From Schmidtea polychroa (Eukaryota): a DNA stretch of 64,000 nucleotides. The notes below the pieces were generated by a model. It saw nothing but the letters and a program-made list of their open reading frames with translations, was not told the origin of the DNA and did no database searches. Of the stretch, positions 36,284-50,720 are shown in pieces. The number at the start of each line of letters is the position of its first letter. Within the stretch, counting starts at the first letter, position 1. Location of the stretch: NCBI GenBank assembly GCA_044892525.1, contig CM097885.1, forward strand, positions 52,764,001 through 52,828,000, in the 5' to 3' direction. A program made the translations under genes and the position numbers.

Positions 36284-38100
36284 CTATGGAAACAGTTTTG
36301 GCATCCTGCCTAAGCTTGTCCGGTTAAAAGGACCAACCAGTCTTTTAGGAGCAGGTTTTGTACTGAGATAAAATTTATTATAACATATAATTGGTGAGTA
36401 GTTAATATTTGAGATATTATTACCTTTATCACAACTATTATAACATAAATTCCAATTAATCTCGCACACGCTTGCCCTAAGAACAAAAACTTTCCCCATA
36501 TTTTTTTCATCGTATTATACGTTGCCTTTTTATTATGATCTGGTGTTAATAAATAATGATAATTTACTTTTCCTTCACCTCCTGGTAATATAGTATCAAT
36601 CATTTCAGTAATTACTAGTTCCTTTTTTGACGGAAATAATAAATTCATTCTGGCTTCATCAACATCTTCCTGAGAGTAAAATCTGATTTACGCTAACTTA
36701 TCCACTGATGTGAAATTTATTAAATACTCAAGTTTTGTTAATTCGAGCTTTTCTGGAGTTTTTACTCCTTTATAATTTGGTAATGATATCCATGAATCTG
36801 ATGTTAAACGATACAAAGGTGCGAGTCATATGTTACACTTTAGAATCTTTGGTTTGACGTCTTCTTCTAATAATATCCGAGTTTTCGGTTCCATAAATCT
36901 CAGTTTACCATTAACACTCACTGGTAATTCATTTGTACACTGTTCATGCTTTATAATTTGTACGGAAATCTCATTGCATTTATGGCTATACAACGCTTCA
37001 CTAAATATTCTCGCAAATACACCGTTTTTCGTTATTAACATAGGTGCCACTAAATTTTGATTTGTGACCACCACGGTCATTATATTTCGTAATATTTCTT
37101 TGTTTAACTTACAATCGTTTAATATCATTTCTCGATAAATATTTTCTACAATACTTTGTCTATAATGGGACAAATAATCTATTTTGTTATTAAAATAATT
37201 TGTCAATTTAATATGCGTACTATGTATTTTCATTTGAGCTTCCTCGACTCTTTTCTTGGACATATAGATTCCTTTATAATTAGTCTGATACACTGTTTGG
37301 CCACACTTATCCACTACTCGCTTTCGTATAAATCTCATCCCATCGTCCAATAAAGTTGACATCAAAACTACTGGAGTTTTTTTTCTTCTTAATTGAATAA
37401 TTTTATGTCTGTTATGTCTGGTTTTTCTTCCACATTTAAAGTTCCTGGTCTATCTCTCAACTGTTCGCCACTCATTTCATTGAAACTGGTCTGTTTCATA
37501 TTACAGAATCAATGAGTTTTTACTTTACCTGTATCATCGTCAAAAGCTCCCTTAAATTCTCTCAACTCTGTTAAATATTCCTCCATCACAACAACTTTAT
37601 CAATAATTTGTCTATTCATTTTACATGGTTCTTCTTCACAATCGCCATTGGCTCTTATTGTCCTTTTTTCAATAATCGTTTCTCGTATCGCATGATTCAA
37701 TTTAGCCTTCAATTTAATTTTGGGGCTTATTTTTAGTTCTCCCATCTGAAACGCAGCCATGCAATTTTCTGGGTTTACATCAACTGGCCTCGGTACTGCA
37801 TACATTTTAATTAATGATGTGTGACTCCATTTGTCACAATAGAATATTAAACTTGCTCTTTTCACAATACACTCTCTTACCGTGGCATGTCTGAATCCTG
37901 ATTTTTGGTATACATAATAGTTTACATCATTTTCCACTATCAAACTCATCGGATGTGCATCCGGGCATTCTGTCATGTCTACAATAGAATAGAGGTTTCC
38001 TATTTTTGTTTGAGAATAGTCAGAGGCGATTAGAGACGCTGTTTGAGTATTAATTGCACACAATATTATAATCATAAACATTATAAATGGAAATTTCATG
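36284..38100 (-). pseudogene. Envelope glycoprotein resembling the chuvirus/retrotransposon gB-like class III fusogens
   Basis: Signal peptide then LIASDYS (cf. LIxYDC), ECIVKR..FYCDKWSH, CGQTVYQT, YFNNKI, NDCKL, EALY..KC..I.V......CTNELPV...G..RFMEPKTRIL and a C-terminal TM segment; several frameshifts. Confidence 0.72.
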
Positions 38101-38149
38101 GGTTTTCTTTTCAGAGCTCCTTCATAGTTTTCTCTCATTTTCACAACTG

Positions 38150-38480
38150 GTTCTGTTTTTTGTTTAACCAGTCTTTCCCAACCTCCATTCTCTTTTATCC
38201 ACGTGCATACAGGTTTATGTAAAATTCTACTCGCCGTTTTAATTGTTTCCTCTTGCATATCCATATCTGAACAGTCATATGTTCCGATTTCGAACAAAAT
38301 ATAACTCATAATTGTTAGTAGCATATCTCTATCCATTTATCTTGCCTTCATCCTGGTTATCATCCCATCATCGCAAAACTCCATATTTCCTTGACCTGTT
38401 TCAACACTACACAAAATCTATTTTTAATTTTCTTTGCGATTTTCCTCACATATTTCTCTACTTGCAATTTCTCTGTTGAT
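38150..38480 (-). pseudogene. Bcl-2-like domain upstream of the envelope protein (BH2 part in the same frame)
   Basis: Strong BH2-like CTWIKENGGWERLV; weak BH1-like DRDMLLTIMSY and BH3-like YVRKIAKKIKNRF in broken frames. Confidence 0.5.
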
Positions 38481-39669
38481 TCAACATATAATTTACTAGT
38501 GCACGTACAACTTTCTCAGTTTTCTCTGAGTCCTTCTGATCTCTCTCCTCTTACATCTCATTTCATACAAATTTCTGCATTGTTTTTCTTTAGTATTATT
38601 ATTAATCGTCAGCTCTGTCATATATGCCTCATTTTTAATTTCAGTTTTCATCCCATTTTCAACAATAATCTTTTCAGCTTCATTTTCTATTTCATCTTTT
38701 CTCATTTCTTGTTCATCGTGCGTCTCATCATCATTACCCATTATCTTATTTTCCCAATTTAGTAATTTCATTTTAAAACTTTTTCCTACTTCCTTTAATT
38801 CCAATTGTTTCACCGCTACTATTTTATTAATAAATATTTGCGACGGTTCCTGATTCGCCAATAATCCACTTTCATCGAGCTTTCGTGGTACACAGCCACA
38901 ATCAAATAAATACTCATCATCATCTAACTCAAAACCTTTATACGTCAATACAATTATTCCGTCTATGAGGAAATTGATAGATTCTTAAAGATTTAATTAG
39001 AAATTTTGTTAAATTAAAAAAAATATTTTTATTGAAAAATATTTTAAAAAGAAGACTGAAATTTAGCATTCTTAAAAAATATTTTTATCGAAAAATATTT
39101 TAAAAGGAAAATTAAAATTTGTTTAAATAACAAAAATATGGAAGACAAGATTTTGAGTGTAAAATTTATTAAATAAAATTTATGGAATTATTTAGTGATT
39201 TGCAAACAGATATTAATGTTGTAACGGATGAGAATCCTAATATGGTGGCAGCGGTAAACACCGATGCGATTACCGAAAGATTATTGCCAAAGGTGTTCTG
39301 TCAAGGCGATGACTTAAAAAATTTATTAGAAGATACGAGATTTATTTCGATGCTAAAGGCAATAAAAAATAATAAAAAATAATAAAATCAATAAAAAAGA
39401 ACAGGAAAGATTGACTGCATGCATGATCGACGAGGATCAATTGGAAAAATATGCGAAAACAGTTAAAAAAGCAGAAGGATTTCAAGCCAGGTTACGGATG
39501 GCATTTGATTACGAAAGAGACGTAATAAAGGATATGGAAAGTTTATTGAATTATGAAAGAAGAAGCGAAGAGATTGAAACATATTTAAAAAAAGTGGAGA
39601 ACCTTGTCGACAGGTTGTTTGAGAATAAAGAATTCACCAAAGAGAAAATAACAGCAAAGATGTTGATAG

Positions 39670-42600
39670 TGGTGGGTTACAGGTGGTTGAATGTTTAAGT
39701 GCTGTTACCAGCGTAACCCAGAATACAACATTGTTTTCCTCTTGGTACCCGTTGAGCAATCAACGTTGGTACTGTACCAAGGGGTTGAGTACTCGCAAAA
39801 AGTGAGCGCGTTAAGAGCACTATAATTGTCGAGCACTCTATGGGTTCACGGACGCCGATAGAAGGCACGTGTCCGATTTATTTCGGTCCCTTATCGAGAT
39901 TGTTTTCCCAAACGCCTTTCTGCCGACCGTCTGGTTCTGGACAATCACAAAGTTTGATCACATATTCATTAGACAACAAGAATCATTTATTTAACCACTA
40001 CTATATTACAAGGTCTGTTTTACTCAGGAGGGGTCGCATTCTCAAATATTCCTCAGGATCGTGGAGCGGCTTCAGGCTCTTTCGCTTTTTCTTGCTCGGC
40101 CAGCCAGGCCCTTTTCAATTTTTCCCGGGTATTCCGCCCTAGCCGCTTACGTTTCGGCTTGCTTGCCTGGGCAGGTGGGTATATCTTGGCCAGCTCCACC
40201 GGAAGTGGACGAATCTGCTCTCGGAGAGCGTCCTGGATGAACTTTTCGTTCAGTTTGCTCTCGAGCGAGCGTACTTGTAGCTTCAACGCTCGGATTTCGA
40301 GTTGATCCTGCTCCGCTTGGGTCTGGAGTTGTGAGATGTGTGTTGTCCGTTTCTTCATCTCAGCTGGACTGAACCAAGTACCTTCGAGTTCTCGGCACTT
40401 GGTTTTGAGCTTCTCGACTCGACTTCGAAGGTCTTCGGCTTGTTGCTGGGCCTGTTCGCGGTCTTTTCGTAGATTTTCGAGGAATTTGTACACTAAATGA
40501 AGATAATAATGAAGTTCCATAACTAGCTTCGATATGCGTAAAAGTGATTCGATTAATTGCATGAATTAATAGATGAAGGATAGGGAGGGTCATCTCGTCC
40601 CTGGAGACACCCCATACGCAATAAGACTTCTATGTAATGACTAAAAGATGATTTATTACACGATGAATACGCACGACAAACTATAATGTAAAAGTTTTAA
40701 TAATAAAAATTTCTACAATTCGTCCTAATTGCTACAAAAACCACAAAAATCAAACGCAACACAGTATCGCTAAAGTATATCAATCAAATAGTTTCGTCCG
40801 AATTATCACTACCGATAAGTTAGGCCGAGTTCTTTCATGAAATTCCAATGCCGAGTTCGCATCGGTAGCGTTCACCCTGCAGGTTTCCTCCTAAAGAAGA
40901 CTATTAGCCTACTCATGGCTGCGTGTTTTAGTTGGGATTTTACTTCTATGTTCGTACACTGAATGCTTGGATATGCAATTTCCCATTTTTCAAGGTAAGC
41001 TAAATTTTGTGGTACAAATCTGATTTTATGCTAACAATTATTGTAACTAATTTGTAATGCAGTAAGGGGAATTATGATGATATTCAGGATAAAGGGGAGC
41101 GATAGAGATAGGAATAATAGTGCTAGTGATGATCTTAATCATAGCAAATGCCAATACTTATTTTGTAAGGTTCAGCTAGCATACAGTGATATCCTTGAAA
41201 AAAAAATTTTTTTTGGGTTTCAGGAACAGCACTCATTTATAATTTATCCTTAATCGGTAGAGGTAGTTCATATAATATAAGTAATCATGAATTATATCTT
41301 GGAGAGAAATACAGTTCATAGTTTAGGTATTTATAATTTAGGTTCTAGTCAAAATACAAACTTGTAATTTGCATTCTTACACATAATTTTATAATACTAT
41401 TTAGAATTTCTATCTCGATAATCCAGATCCATACATAATTTATATATATAATTATCCCTGGTTTTTATCTTATAATCTAGTTGCATTAGTAACTCTAAAT
41501 AACTATCCAGAATTCGTGTTTTTTAAGATCAGAGGTTATATATGACTGTTTATAATTAGGGTTTATAGTCACACTACATTTATAATTTATATATTACTAG
41601 TCATAAATTATATTTTTATAATCCAAATTTATATATAATCGTCTATAGTTGATATTTTTGTACGTAAAATTAATCCGTAACCATCCATATACCTATATAA
41701 TTTATAACCAACTATTTATATTTTATATTCCGTAATCAAAATTTATATATAATCATTTATAATTTATATTTTGTACGTAAAATTTATTCGTAACTATTTA
41801 TAGATTATGTTTTTATGATCAATATCCGTATATAATTTATATATAACTATTTATACTTTATATTTTATAATCAAAATTTTTACATAATTATTTATAATTT
41901 ATATTTTTTTAAGTAAAATTTATTCCTAACTATTTAAAGTTTATATTTTTAAGGTCCATGTATATATAGATTATATGTAACTATTTATAATTTATATTCT
42001 TAAATCCAAATTTATACATAACTATTTAGAAATTATATTTTCATAGCCAAAATTTTATCCATAATCATTTGTAGATCGTATTTTATAGTTAAGATACATT
42101 GATAATTTACATATAACCATTTATACGTTATATTTTTAAACTCGGATTTGCACATAACTATTGATAAATTATATTCTTACAAAATTTTAGGTATGATTCT
42201 TTATAGATTATATTTTAATAATTTCCAATGAGTATTTATACTTTATATTTTAAATTCAGAGTTATATATAACTATTTATAAATTATATTTCTATAATTAA
42301 AATTTTATGTATAATTATTTTTAGATTGTATTTTTATAATTAAGATAACTATTTATCATTTATACTTCATAATCGAGATAGAGTTACCATTTATATGTCG
42401 TATTTTGGGTTTAGGGCTTATATTGTATTATCATCGTACATATATAATCTATACATAGCCTCTCATATTTATAAGTCAGGTTTCAAAATTAGCATAAGAT
42501 TATATTTTATGATATAATTTAGAATTCACGATCAGAGAATACTTTTGATTTACACTTTATATACAAATTCTATTTTATAATTTATAAATTTTTTCTTTTT

Positions 42601-44740
42601 TATAAATAATTTGTAGTTATATTTTTAACTGATAGGTACTTTATAGTTTGGTATATTTTTGGTTTATATTTTATACATAGTTTATAGTCATAATTTTTAA
42701 TTTAACTAATCCTTATGTTATGGTTTAATGATTAGAGCATATTTTGACTTATATTATATACATAATTATAATCACTTTTTATAATTTAACCAATATATAT
42801 CTAGTAGTTTGACGATCAGAGTGTATCTTTAATTCATGCTTTATATATAATCTAACAAGTATACCCTCATAGTTAACTGATTGCGGAAGACTTTTAGTTT
42901 AGACCTGGTATATGAACTCAAGTATGATTTATCATTTATCAATAAAATCATTTACAATTTTATACGAGTTTCCCGATTGTAATTCCTAATTGAGGGATGA
43001 ATTGAATAGTAAGTTAGGATCACGCATATCTATGTTATAGTTGCTAATATAACTTTATAGTTGAATAGACAAATTTATAGTTGAATAGACATTCACATCA
43101 AAAATTTTACTTTATAAATTGAAAAGATTTTATCGATAATAGTTCATAATTGATGATATTACATTTTCTAAACTAATAACACTTCATTGATATTGATTTA
43201 TAAGTGGAAAAATAAAAGAAGTTAGTTATTTCTATAATATGACCCTAACTCCTGATCGATTTGGGTATTGGCAATACTACATTTTAATCCTGAGATAAAG
43301 ATATATACTACTCTCTGGGGGTTTTATACTTAATTGAATCTATTCCATCCTTTACGCTTGTCGAACTTCGAGATGCTATCATCATAATTAGATCCGAGAA
43401 AAATCCTTACGTCTTTACAAAAATTTTTATTTACTAACGATGTTCGACAAACGCCTAAGTGGAGAGGTCTTAACCGACTACATTAACTGAATTGTAATTG
43501 CTGTGTTTAATTTGGGTCTGAGATCTACTCAATTATGACCTTAGTGTAAAACTATTGTACGAGATTTTTAATGTTGAGTTTAATTGTGTACTGCATTCGA
43601 ACTCGGGAAGAATGCTTGCTTACACGGCCTTACTGTGACCGCTACAACAAGCCCTACTGTAATATTGAGTCGAAACATCACTGTCGACCGATAAATAAAT
43701 AGTTGGAGCCATAGCGGAGGGGTTTTATCGACACAACTCCATGGCAGAACCATGAAGTGGCCGACCTCCGATGACCGAACAAAAAACAAATATATATATT
43801 AATGATAGTGCATGTCTGCATGTTTCATTTTAGAAAAATTCATTACCATCAAATGCAGGACTAAATAGAGACGCACTAAGACGTCGCTGATCAGTCGTAT
43901 TTAAAAAGTAAAAAAATAGATCTTAAGGATATTCTAATTAAAAATGGTTTAAATTGAAAAAATTACATACGTGATTAATCATAGATAAAACATATATCAA
44001 TCAAAAATACCTACTATTAATTTTTCGGCAAAATTTTCGTCAACAAAAATATTGGCATAAAAGTGATTGATTGTGACTGAAACGTGTCAGTATATATACC
44101 TATTTTGTACACGTGTATGTATTGATGCATTAAAACAAACTCGAATTCTTTTTATTCCAGAATTTTCTATTTTGATATTTTTAATGGCAATTTTTGTGCC
44201 ATAATTTTTGTTTTTATTTTTAAATTTTAAATTTTTAATTATTTTTCATTAATTTTACGTCCATGATGGACTTGGAACGGTTCCAGAACATTCTATATTA
44301 CTTTTAATTTAATTTTTATTTTAATTGATGTTTTATGAATTTCTTTTTAAGATTTTTTATTTTTATTACTAATTTATTTATTTTTTCCTAAATTTTATTG
44401 TTTAAGGTAGCTTTTATGATGGTCATCGCCATTTTTTGGAATGTTCTGGGTTTTTCTGGAATTTTTTACTGTTTTTACCATCTTTTAAGTTATTCGAGTT
44501 TGTTTTTTGTAACTATGTTTATTTGGTTATTTTTGAGTTAGATTTTGCATAACTTCTTGCTTTTGTATAATTTTATTTAATTTCTGTGTTTATTTTTTGT
44601 TGCTTTCTCCTTTAATTACCATTGTTTATTTGGTGTAGTTTTTAATATTTAGCTATACTTTTTGCTTTTTTGCATGTTGTGTACCTACACATTTCAGTCA
44701 CAATTATAATTTGGGTCTAGAAATCAGTTCTAGCCCAACA
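39670..44740 (-). mobile_element. ~5.07-kb TG..CA element, copy B (probable giant solo LTR), inserted in a gag gene
   Basis: Plus-strand ends TGGTGGGTTA...TAGCCCAACA; ATAG duplicated at 39,666-39,669 and 44,741-44,744; reverse-complement homologue of 291..5,322. Confidence 0.88.
40053..40492 (-). CDS. Coiled-coil/basic protein exon inside copy B
   Basis: VYKFLENLRKDREQAQ...GTWFS...IYPPAQASKPKRKRLGR, preceded by a catttag acceptor at the same position as in copy A. Confidence 0.75.
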
Positions 44741-45377
44741 ATAGTATGTGCTGAGAATAAAGAAGTTGAGAAAGACGTAATATTGCGGAAGATAAAAAGC
44801 ACAGAGAAAATAAAGGAAACATTAATTCTGATGGATAAAGTGGACAAACAGAGATATCCAATAAACGTATGAAAAGTTATGCAATAGTGGTCTATCCACA
44901 GAGAAGAGGACAGTACAAGCAGAAAGATGAAAGAGAAGAAGGCAGGTGACGAGAAGAACCAGAAGGATGACTATGCCACAAAATAGGCCACACAAAAATA
45001 GACTGTCCAGTAAGAAGTAAGATAGAGTGCTGGACGTGTCACAGAAGCGGACATATAAGTAGGAATTGCCCAGATAAAAAAATGCCAAGATGTTTTGGAA
45101 TCTTAATGGAAATTAATGGAATCAAAGAAGAAGAGGAAATGGAATCGTGCCTAGAGACAAATGAAGATAATTTTAGTAGGACGTACCCAAATAACGGGGA
45201 TCCAATAGTAGAGGAGTTGGTTGGAGTCATATACTAACAGAAAAGTGGATGGGATATCCTCAATTGGTAGAAAAGTGGGAGAGTGTAGGAAGGGTAAGTG
45301 AGAAAGTATACAGGTTCATAAGGAGAAAAAAGTTTGAAGAGGAAGTGGAAAGAATTGGAACGATTGAAACGGGACAG

Positions 45378-45750
45378 GAGGTTTGATTTCAAGCGCCTCC
45401 AATTTCCAATCAGGTTTGCATTTGCCATGTCTATCAACAAGGCACAGGAACAGTCTTTAAAAGTGGCAGGCATTGTACTTGAGGAAGCATGCTTTGTCCA
45501 TGGACGGATATATGTGGCATGCTCTAGAGTTGGGTCACCAAGATATCTTTTCATTTTTGCACCAGAAGGAAAAACCAAAAATCGACAAGCTTTATCATAA
45601 GTGATATATAAATTACATGTACTTTTTATTAATTAAATTTTTAAGTATTTTTTAAATAATTTTTTTTAAATGAATGAATTGAAATAAATTTCTTTATTTT
45701 GAATATGGTTACTATTTTTTAAATCGTGCAACGCCGGGTACCCCAGCTAG
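45378..45750 (+). mobile_element. Helitron 3' end (PIF1-like helicase C-terminus and CTAG terminus)
   Basis: FKRLQFPIRFAFAMSINKAQ.QSL..AG......F.HG..YVACSRV; degenerate hairpin CGTGCAACGCCGGG, then CTAG|T at 45,750. Confidence 0.88.
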
Positions 45751-45845
45751 TTTTCTTTATTTATTTATAAATTTGTTATTTATGTATCCTCAACAAACGT
45801 TTCATAACCGATAGTCACCAAAAAATGTTTGACTTCGAAACCTTA

Positions 45846-46018
<173 letters not shown>

Positions 46019-46349
46019 CGCCATAAATTCTTTTTAAATCATTGTGATATGGAATTATACTTTTTATCGTATTTATGTTTTATTTTATTTCGTATTGTTT
46101 GATATAGCTTTTTCATGTTTTCTTATTCATTTGCACAGACAACATGCCAATTCAACATGTGCGGTATTTATAGGTATGCGATTGATAAAAGTTAGAGGAA
46201 CCCTATTTTAGAAGTCTTGACGGGCAGAAAGGTACTTCGTAACCAACTTTTAAATGTTTTATAAATACATTGATGTAGTTTGTATGTATTATCGATAATT
46301 AATATTTGCAATTATTTTTTATTTTAACTTACTTTTCTATATTTTAATC

Positions 46350-46589
46350 ATGATGAAAGGAGCGAAAAATACTTATGAACCTTGTTATAAATATTCCATT
46401 TCGTATCAAGAATGTCTGGACAGTACATTTGATTTTTAAAAGCATATAAATGTGAATTGTTGCATTGTTTTAGAGAATGATTGGAATCAAGATAAATGTC
46501 TAAATGAAATTGAAAAATTAATGGAATGTTGTCAAAAATATCCAGAGTTGCCGCAAAAGTGTTGCGAAGGTTTTCGATTAAGAAAGTAG
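46350..46589 (+). CDS. CMC4: Host twin-Cx9C protein, CMC4/p8MTCP1-like, copy 1 (intron 46,423..46,473)
   Basis: MMKGAKNTYEPCYKYSISYQECLD|KNDWNQDKCLNEIEKLMECCQKYPELPQKCCEGF fits the PCx9CL..Cx9CC..YP..CxGF pattern. Confidence 0.8.
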
Positions 46590-47894
46590 TTTTAATTATC
46601 TTTTTATTTGCATAGAAATTTTAATTGATGAATTTTAATGATTAAATAAAACATTTATTTTTTGTTATTCTGAATTTTTTGATAATTATAAACAAAATTT
46701 GATAAATCAGAAAGTATAAATATATTTTGTTAATGAAAAAAGTTTTGGTCAATCGTACGATGGTGCCTGGTAAAAAGTCTTAATTCTCATGCATATTTAT
46801 TTTAATTCTTTAAATAAATTTTAAAAATTTTATTTTAAAATATTTGTTTGAATATAAAATCTTAAACAAGCGCATATATTTTTTAAAATTTAAGAAAATA
46901 AATAAAACATGAAGAATAAGCATTTTACAACTATTTTCAAATAGTTTGCAAATTTTAGATGGAAACTTTGCAATAATAATTAATACTGCGCAAAAAGTTT
47001 AAGATTCTGATTATCTTCGAAAAATAAAAGTTGAGATTTGTATTTTCAATGTCCATAATCGGGATAATGATTAAGATAAGGGAAGATATAAAATAATTAA
47101 AGATTTTTTGAAATTAACTTTTCTATTTGTTCAAAAAAATACAAGTTTTTAAGTTAAAAAATCTTTAAAAATTTAATAAACCTATAGAAATTGATAAGAA
47201 AATAAAAAATTTTATGCTTTCAATTAAATTTGATTTAAAAGTTTTGATTTAAAAGTTATTTCCTTGTGTATGAACTAGACAAAAAATTATGTTTCTTTGC
47301 ACAATTATATTCACAATTTAAATAGGTTGTGACAAATACATCTCATTCCATTTTCATAAACGTCCTTGAAATCATTAACGAATTATCAGGTTACCTCTAA
47401 ATTTCCAATGTTTTTGGCGAATTTGGCAATTCGCATTCTAAATTACCTCCATCAGCTACCACCAGAATAGGTAGAAGTGATCCTATGATGACTCGTCGTT
47501 AAGGTCAACTTAGGGTCAGAGAAAATTCCGAGGTCACTTTAAGTCGTTTTAAGGTCAAATTCTGAGTTTTCGTCAAATTTGAAGGTAATAGAAAATTTAA
47601 GGTCAACCCCCTACCCCATAATTTAAGGTCAAATTTAAAATTTTTAAAAATTTTCTTAAATCCATTTAACGAATTACTTTTTCGAAAATTTTTCAAAGTT
47701 AAAACACGTATTTTATTATTCATTTTAATACTAGCATTGGAAAAGTCATTGTTACTCATGCATTTTTATTGCATATGTCTTTGTCTTACACACCTTAAGG
47801 ATAGAAAAAATATTTCTACCCAAGATTAAGGGGTACTAAATGAGGGAAAAATTAGAATTTTTAAGAAAATACTTGTAATTTGGTTTAAATTTAT

Positions 47895-47990
<96 letters not shown>

Positions 47991-48570
47991 GGCTGATAAT
48001 CTATGTGCGTGTCTGTATATGAAAACATTGTTAAGGAGCAATAAATTAGGGAAAGTTTTTTCGCAAAGTTATATATCATTCGAAAGTCTACATGTTAGTC
48101 ATGCACTTGTATTACATGTCTTTGTTCAAATTGCACCTGTATTGTTCATGTCTTTGTATTACCTTAAGGGTAGAAAAATATTTCTAAGCGAGATCTAAAG
48201 GGATTGTGTGCGTGAATGTGTGTAAGGGGCAATAAATAAGCGCAAAATCGGAAATTTATATGAAAAAGCATCTTATTTAGTTTAAAATTATGAAAAATAT
48301 GTATTTTTGCTCTGAAAGTGTGTGCTTGTCTGTATATGAAAAGATCGATAAGAGGGCAAAATAAGAGGGTAAAAATAAGAAGGCAAAAAATAAGGGCAAA
48401 ATAAAAAAAATGGTAAAATAAAATGGTCATTATCAAACATTTTGAAAATATATTTCTATTTTATCTATATATCTAAAAACACAATTATAACACAATCAAT
48501 TCACAATCAATATACAAATTATAAATAATGATATTGTGTATAGAGTAGTTATATAAATCCATTAAATTAT

Positions 48571-49460
48571 ATGTTTATTGTTAAATATGTTTTAAAAATT
48601 AAACCAATTATAAATATTAAAGGTAATTTATCAAGAAAACATGATGGGAAGCAATGCCATGCAACAATGGAAAAATATTATTTAAGAAATTATAATAAAA
48701 AATATTATTTATGCCCATCTTATGAAGCTCTTTTCACTGAATCCTATAAAATATTTTATAATGATCACAAGAATCATCTTACATCTTTTAAAACTGATAA
48801 AAAGATTTTTTAAAAGATTATTTAATAGTGGTATAATAGACTATCTATTAAAAACAAAAACTTAATGATAACATCGTCATTATAGATGAATCTGATGATG
48901 ATGTTATCGTTATAGATGAATCAGGGGATTTTCAAAATAATCAAATTGGTTGTGGATCAACTAATTTGATAGAAGCGGTGGATGCGGAACAAACGGTAGA
49001 AGAGGACAATATATGGAATGATTTCCAAATTGTTAATGAATGGGAACCTACTAAAGAAATCGAGATTGAATCTGACTTGAAAAATTGCCACAAAATAATT
49101 AAAATGTCGTTTAAAAACATGAATGAGATAAATTCTCTGACAAACTATTATCCACAATGAAGGAGATGAAAACTGTCAAAGTTCCATTCGGGATAGAATC
49201 TGATTTCGAAAAGGATGGAGAATTCAAATCATCAAGATTTTCTAACAAAGCTGTGATGGTAAAACTGAGAACCGTTTTGAAAAATTTATTGTAGATGGTA
49301 TTGAAAAGCTGCACGAAAAAATTCATATCAGATCGGAACTTGGAAGCGGGTGGTGTCTGATAAGAATAATTGAAATAATTTTCAAGATAATTAAGATTTC
49401 TGAAATATCCAGATTATCTGGAAGAAATTATATTCCAACTTCGAAAGCCTTAGTAAATGG
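48571..49460 (+). pseudogene. Degraded N-terminal region of another Polinton pPolB
   Basis: VIIDESDDDVIVIDES, QIGCG, F.NK, ELGSGW.LI.I.EI.F.I.K....SRLSG.NYIPT; parallels ORF 5804..7432. Confidence 0.7.
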
Positions 49461-49805
49461 AGATAATAAATTATTTGTTATTTATTTATTTGATAATTCG
49501 TGCTGTATAAGAAAAATTGTAGAACCCAGCCGAGTCTCCTTTAAATGAAACTGTCTTGGAACAGCTGGGGTGAATGTATGTACTGTAAAAATACTTTATT
49601 AAAAACGAACAATCACAGTTTTACAATTTCAAACTTTATTTATAAAACATTGGTTTTGGTCTCGCTTTCTTCTATTTTAGTCTTTGGCTTCTTTCTTTTT
49701 GGATAGTTTCGTTAATATACAGTTATTCAGTTCCAAATAATATTTCCAATAATAAATTGTTGAAAAGAATATACTAAGGAACAAAAATAAAAATTTTACG
49801 ATTTC

Positions 49806-50720
49806 AAATTGAATTGATTTTAAATTATCATTTCCAATCTTTTGAATAAACAAGTTGTTATTTTTTTGAAGTGATACATCTATTTCTTTGAATCCAATTA
49901 AAATATATCTTGGTCGATATGCTAAATTTGCAATCTTTAGAGAGTATGTTGAACCCTCTCTCATGTCAAATACACTACAGATTCTATTTAAATAATTTAC
50001 ATTTATAGACTGGTTGGAATTTAATCTTTCAAGAAGTTTAATTTCAGCGTGTGGATTTAATGTCCATTCAGCTATATGTAATTCAATCGTTGTTAATTTT
50101 AATTTACCTTGTGTGTCTGCAGCTCCACTTTATCATCTTCTATTCTTTTGCAAAGTAATTCTATGAAAACATTATGGAGTATACGATTATAGTTTTGAAG
50201 GAATCCAAATAAATATTTTAATTCAAAATAACCTTCAATTTTTTAGACTTGTAAAATTTAACACGTTTATTATAACCATAATTTGTATCTAAACCATCTT
50301 TATTTGTATCACCTTTATTTACATCAGGGATCCAACCTGTAAATTCACCATATTCATTTTTGTAATCACAACCAGTCAAAACAAAATTAACCATTGAAGA
50401 ATATATACCTGGATACAAAATATTTTCAATTTCTGAGGGTCCTAATTTTAATCTCATGTTGGAGAATAAATTTGGAAATTATTTTCTAGGGTTATATCTT
50501 TGTTTGCTTCAATCTCTAATTCAATTTTGTAATATAATTTTGCATTACAAATATCTATAGGGTTTGATGTTTGAAGAGATTGAAAAACTATATCACCTGA
50601 ACGATTTAAATTTGAAATGGAACCAGAGGTTGGACAGATTTTAAGTACATCATTTTTCTTGATTTCATGAATAAACTGTTTATCATAATCAAGATTTAAT
50701 TTATTTTTTTCTGAAATCTC
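49806..50720 (-). pseudogene. Hexon of a third, truncated Polinton related to Polinton-2
   Basis: Peptides nearly identical to 21,077..22,030 (NLNRSGDIVFQSLQTSNPID, KIANLAYRPRYILIGFKE). Confidence 0.9.

Larger units (their letters stand above)
39182..45100 (+). pseudogene. gag: LTR-retrotransposon gag (39,182..39,669 plus 44,745..~45,100) split by copy B
   Basis: Removing the insertion restores KITAKMLI|VCAENKEVEKD in frame; CCHC knuckle CWTCHRSGHISRNC at 45,028-45,069. Confidence 0.8.

Noticed and set aside
49505..49721. Short solo LTR between the pPolB and hexon remnants
   Set aside because: TGTATA..TATACA ends are present but with no matching TSD or second copy.
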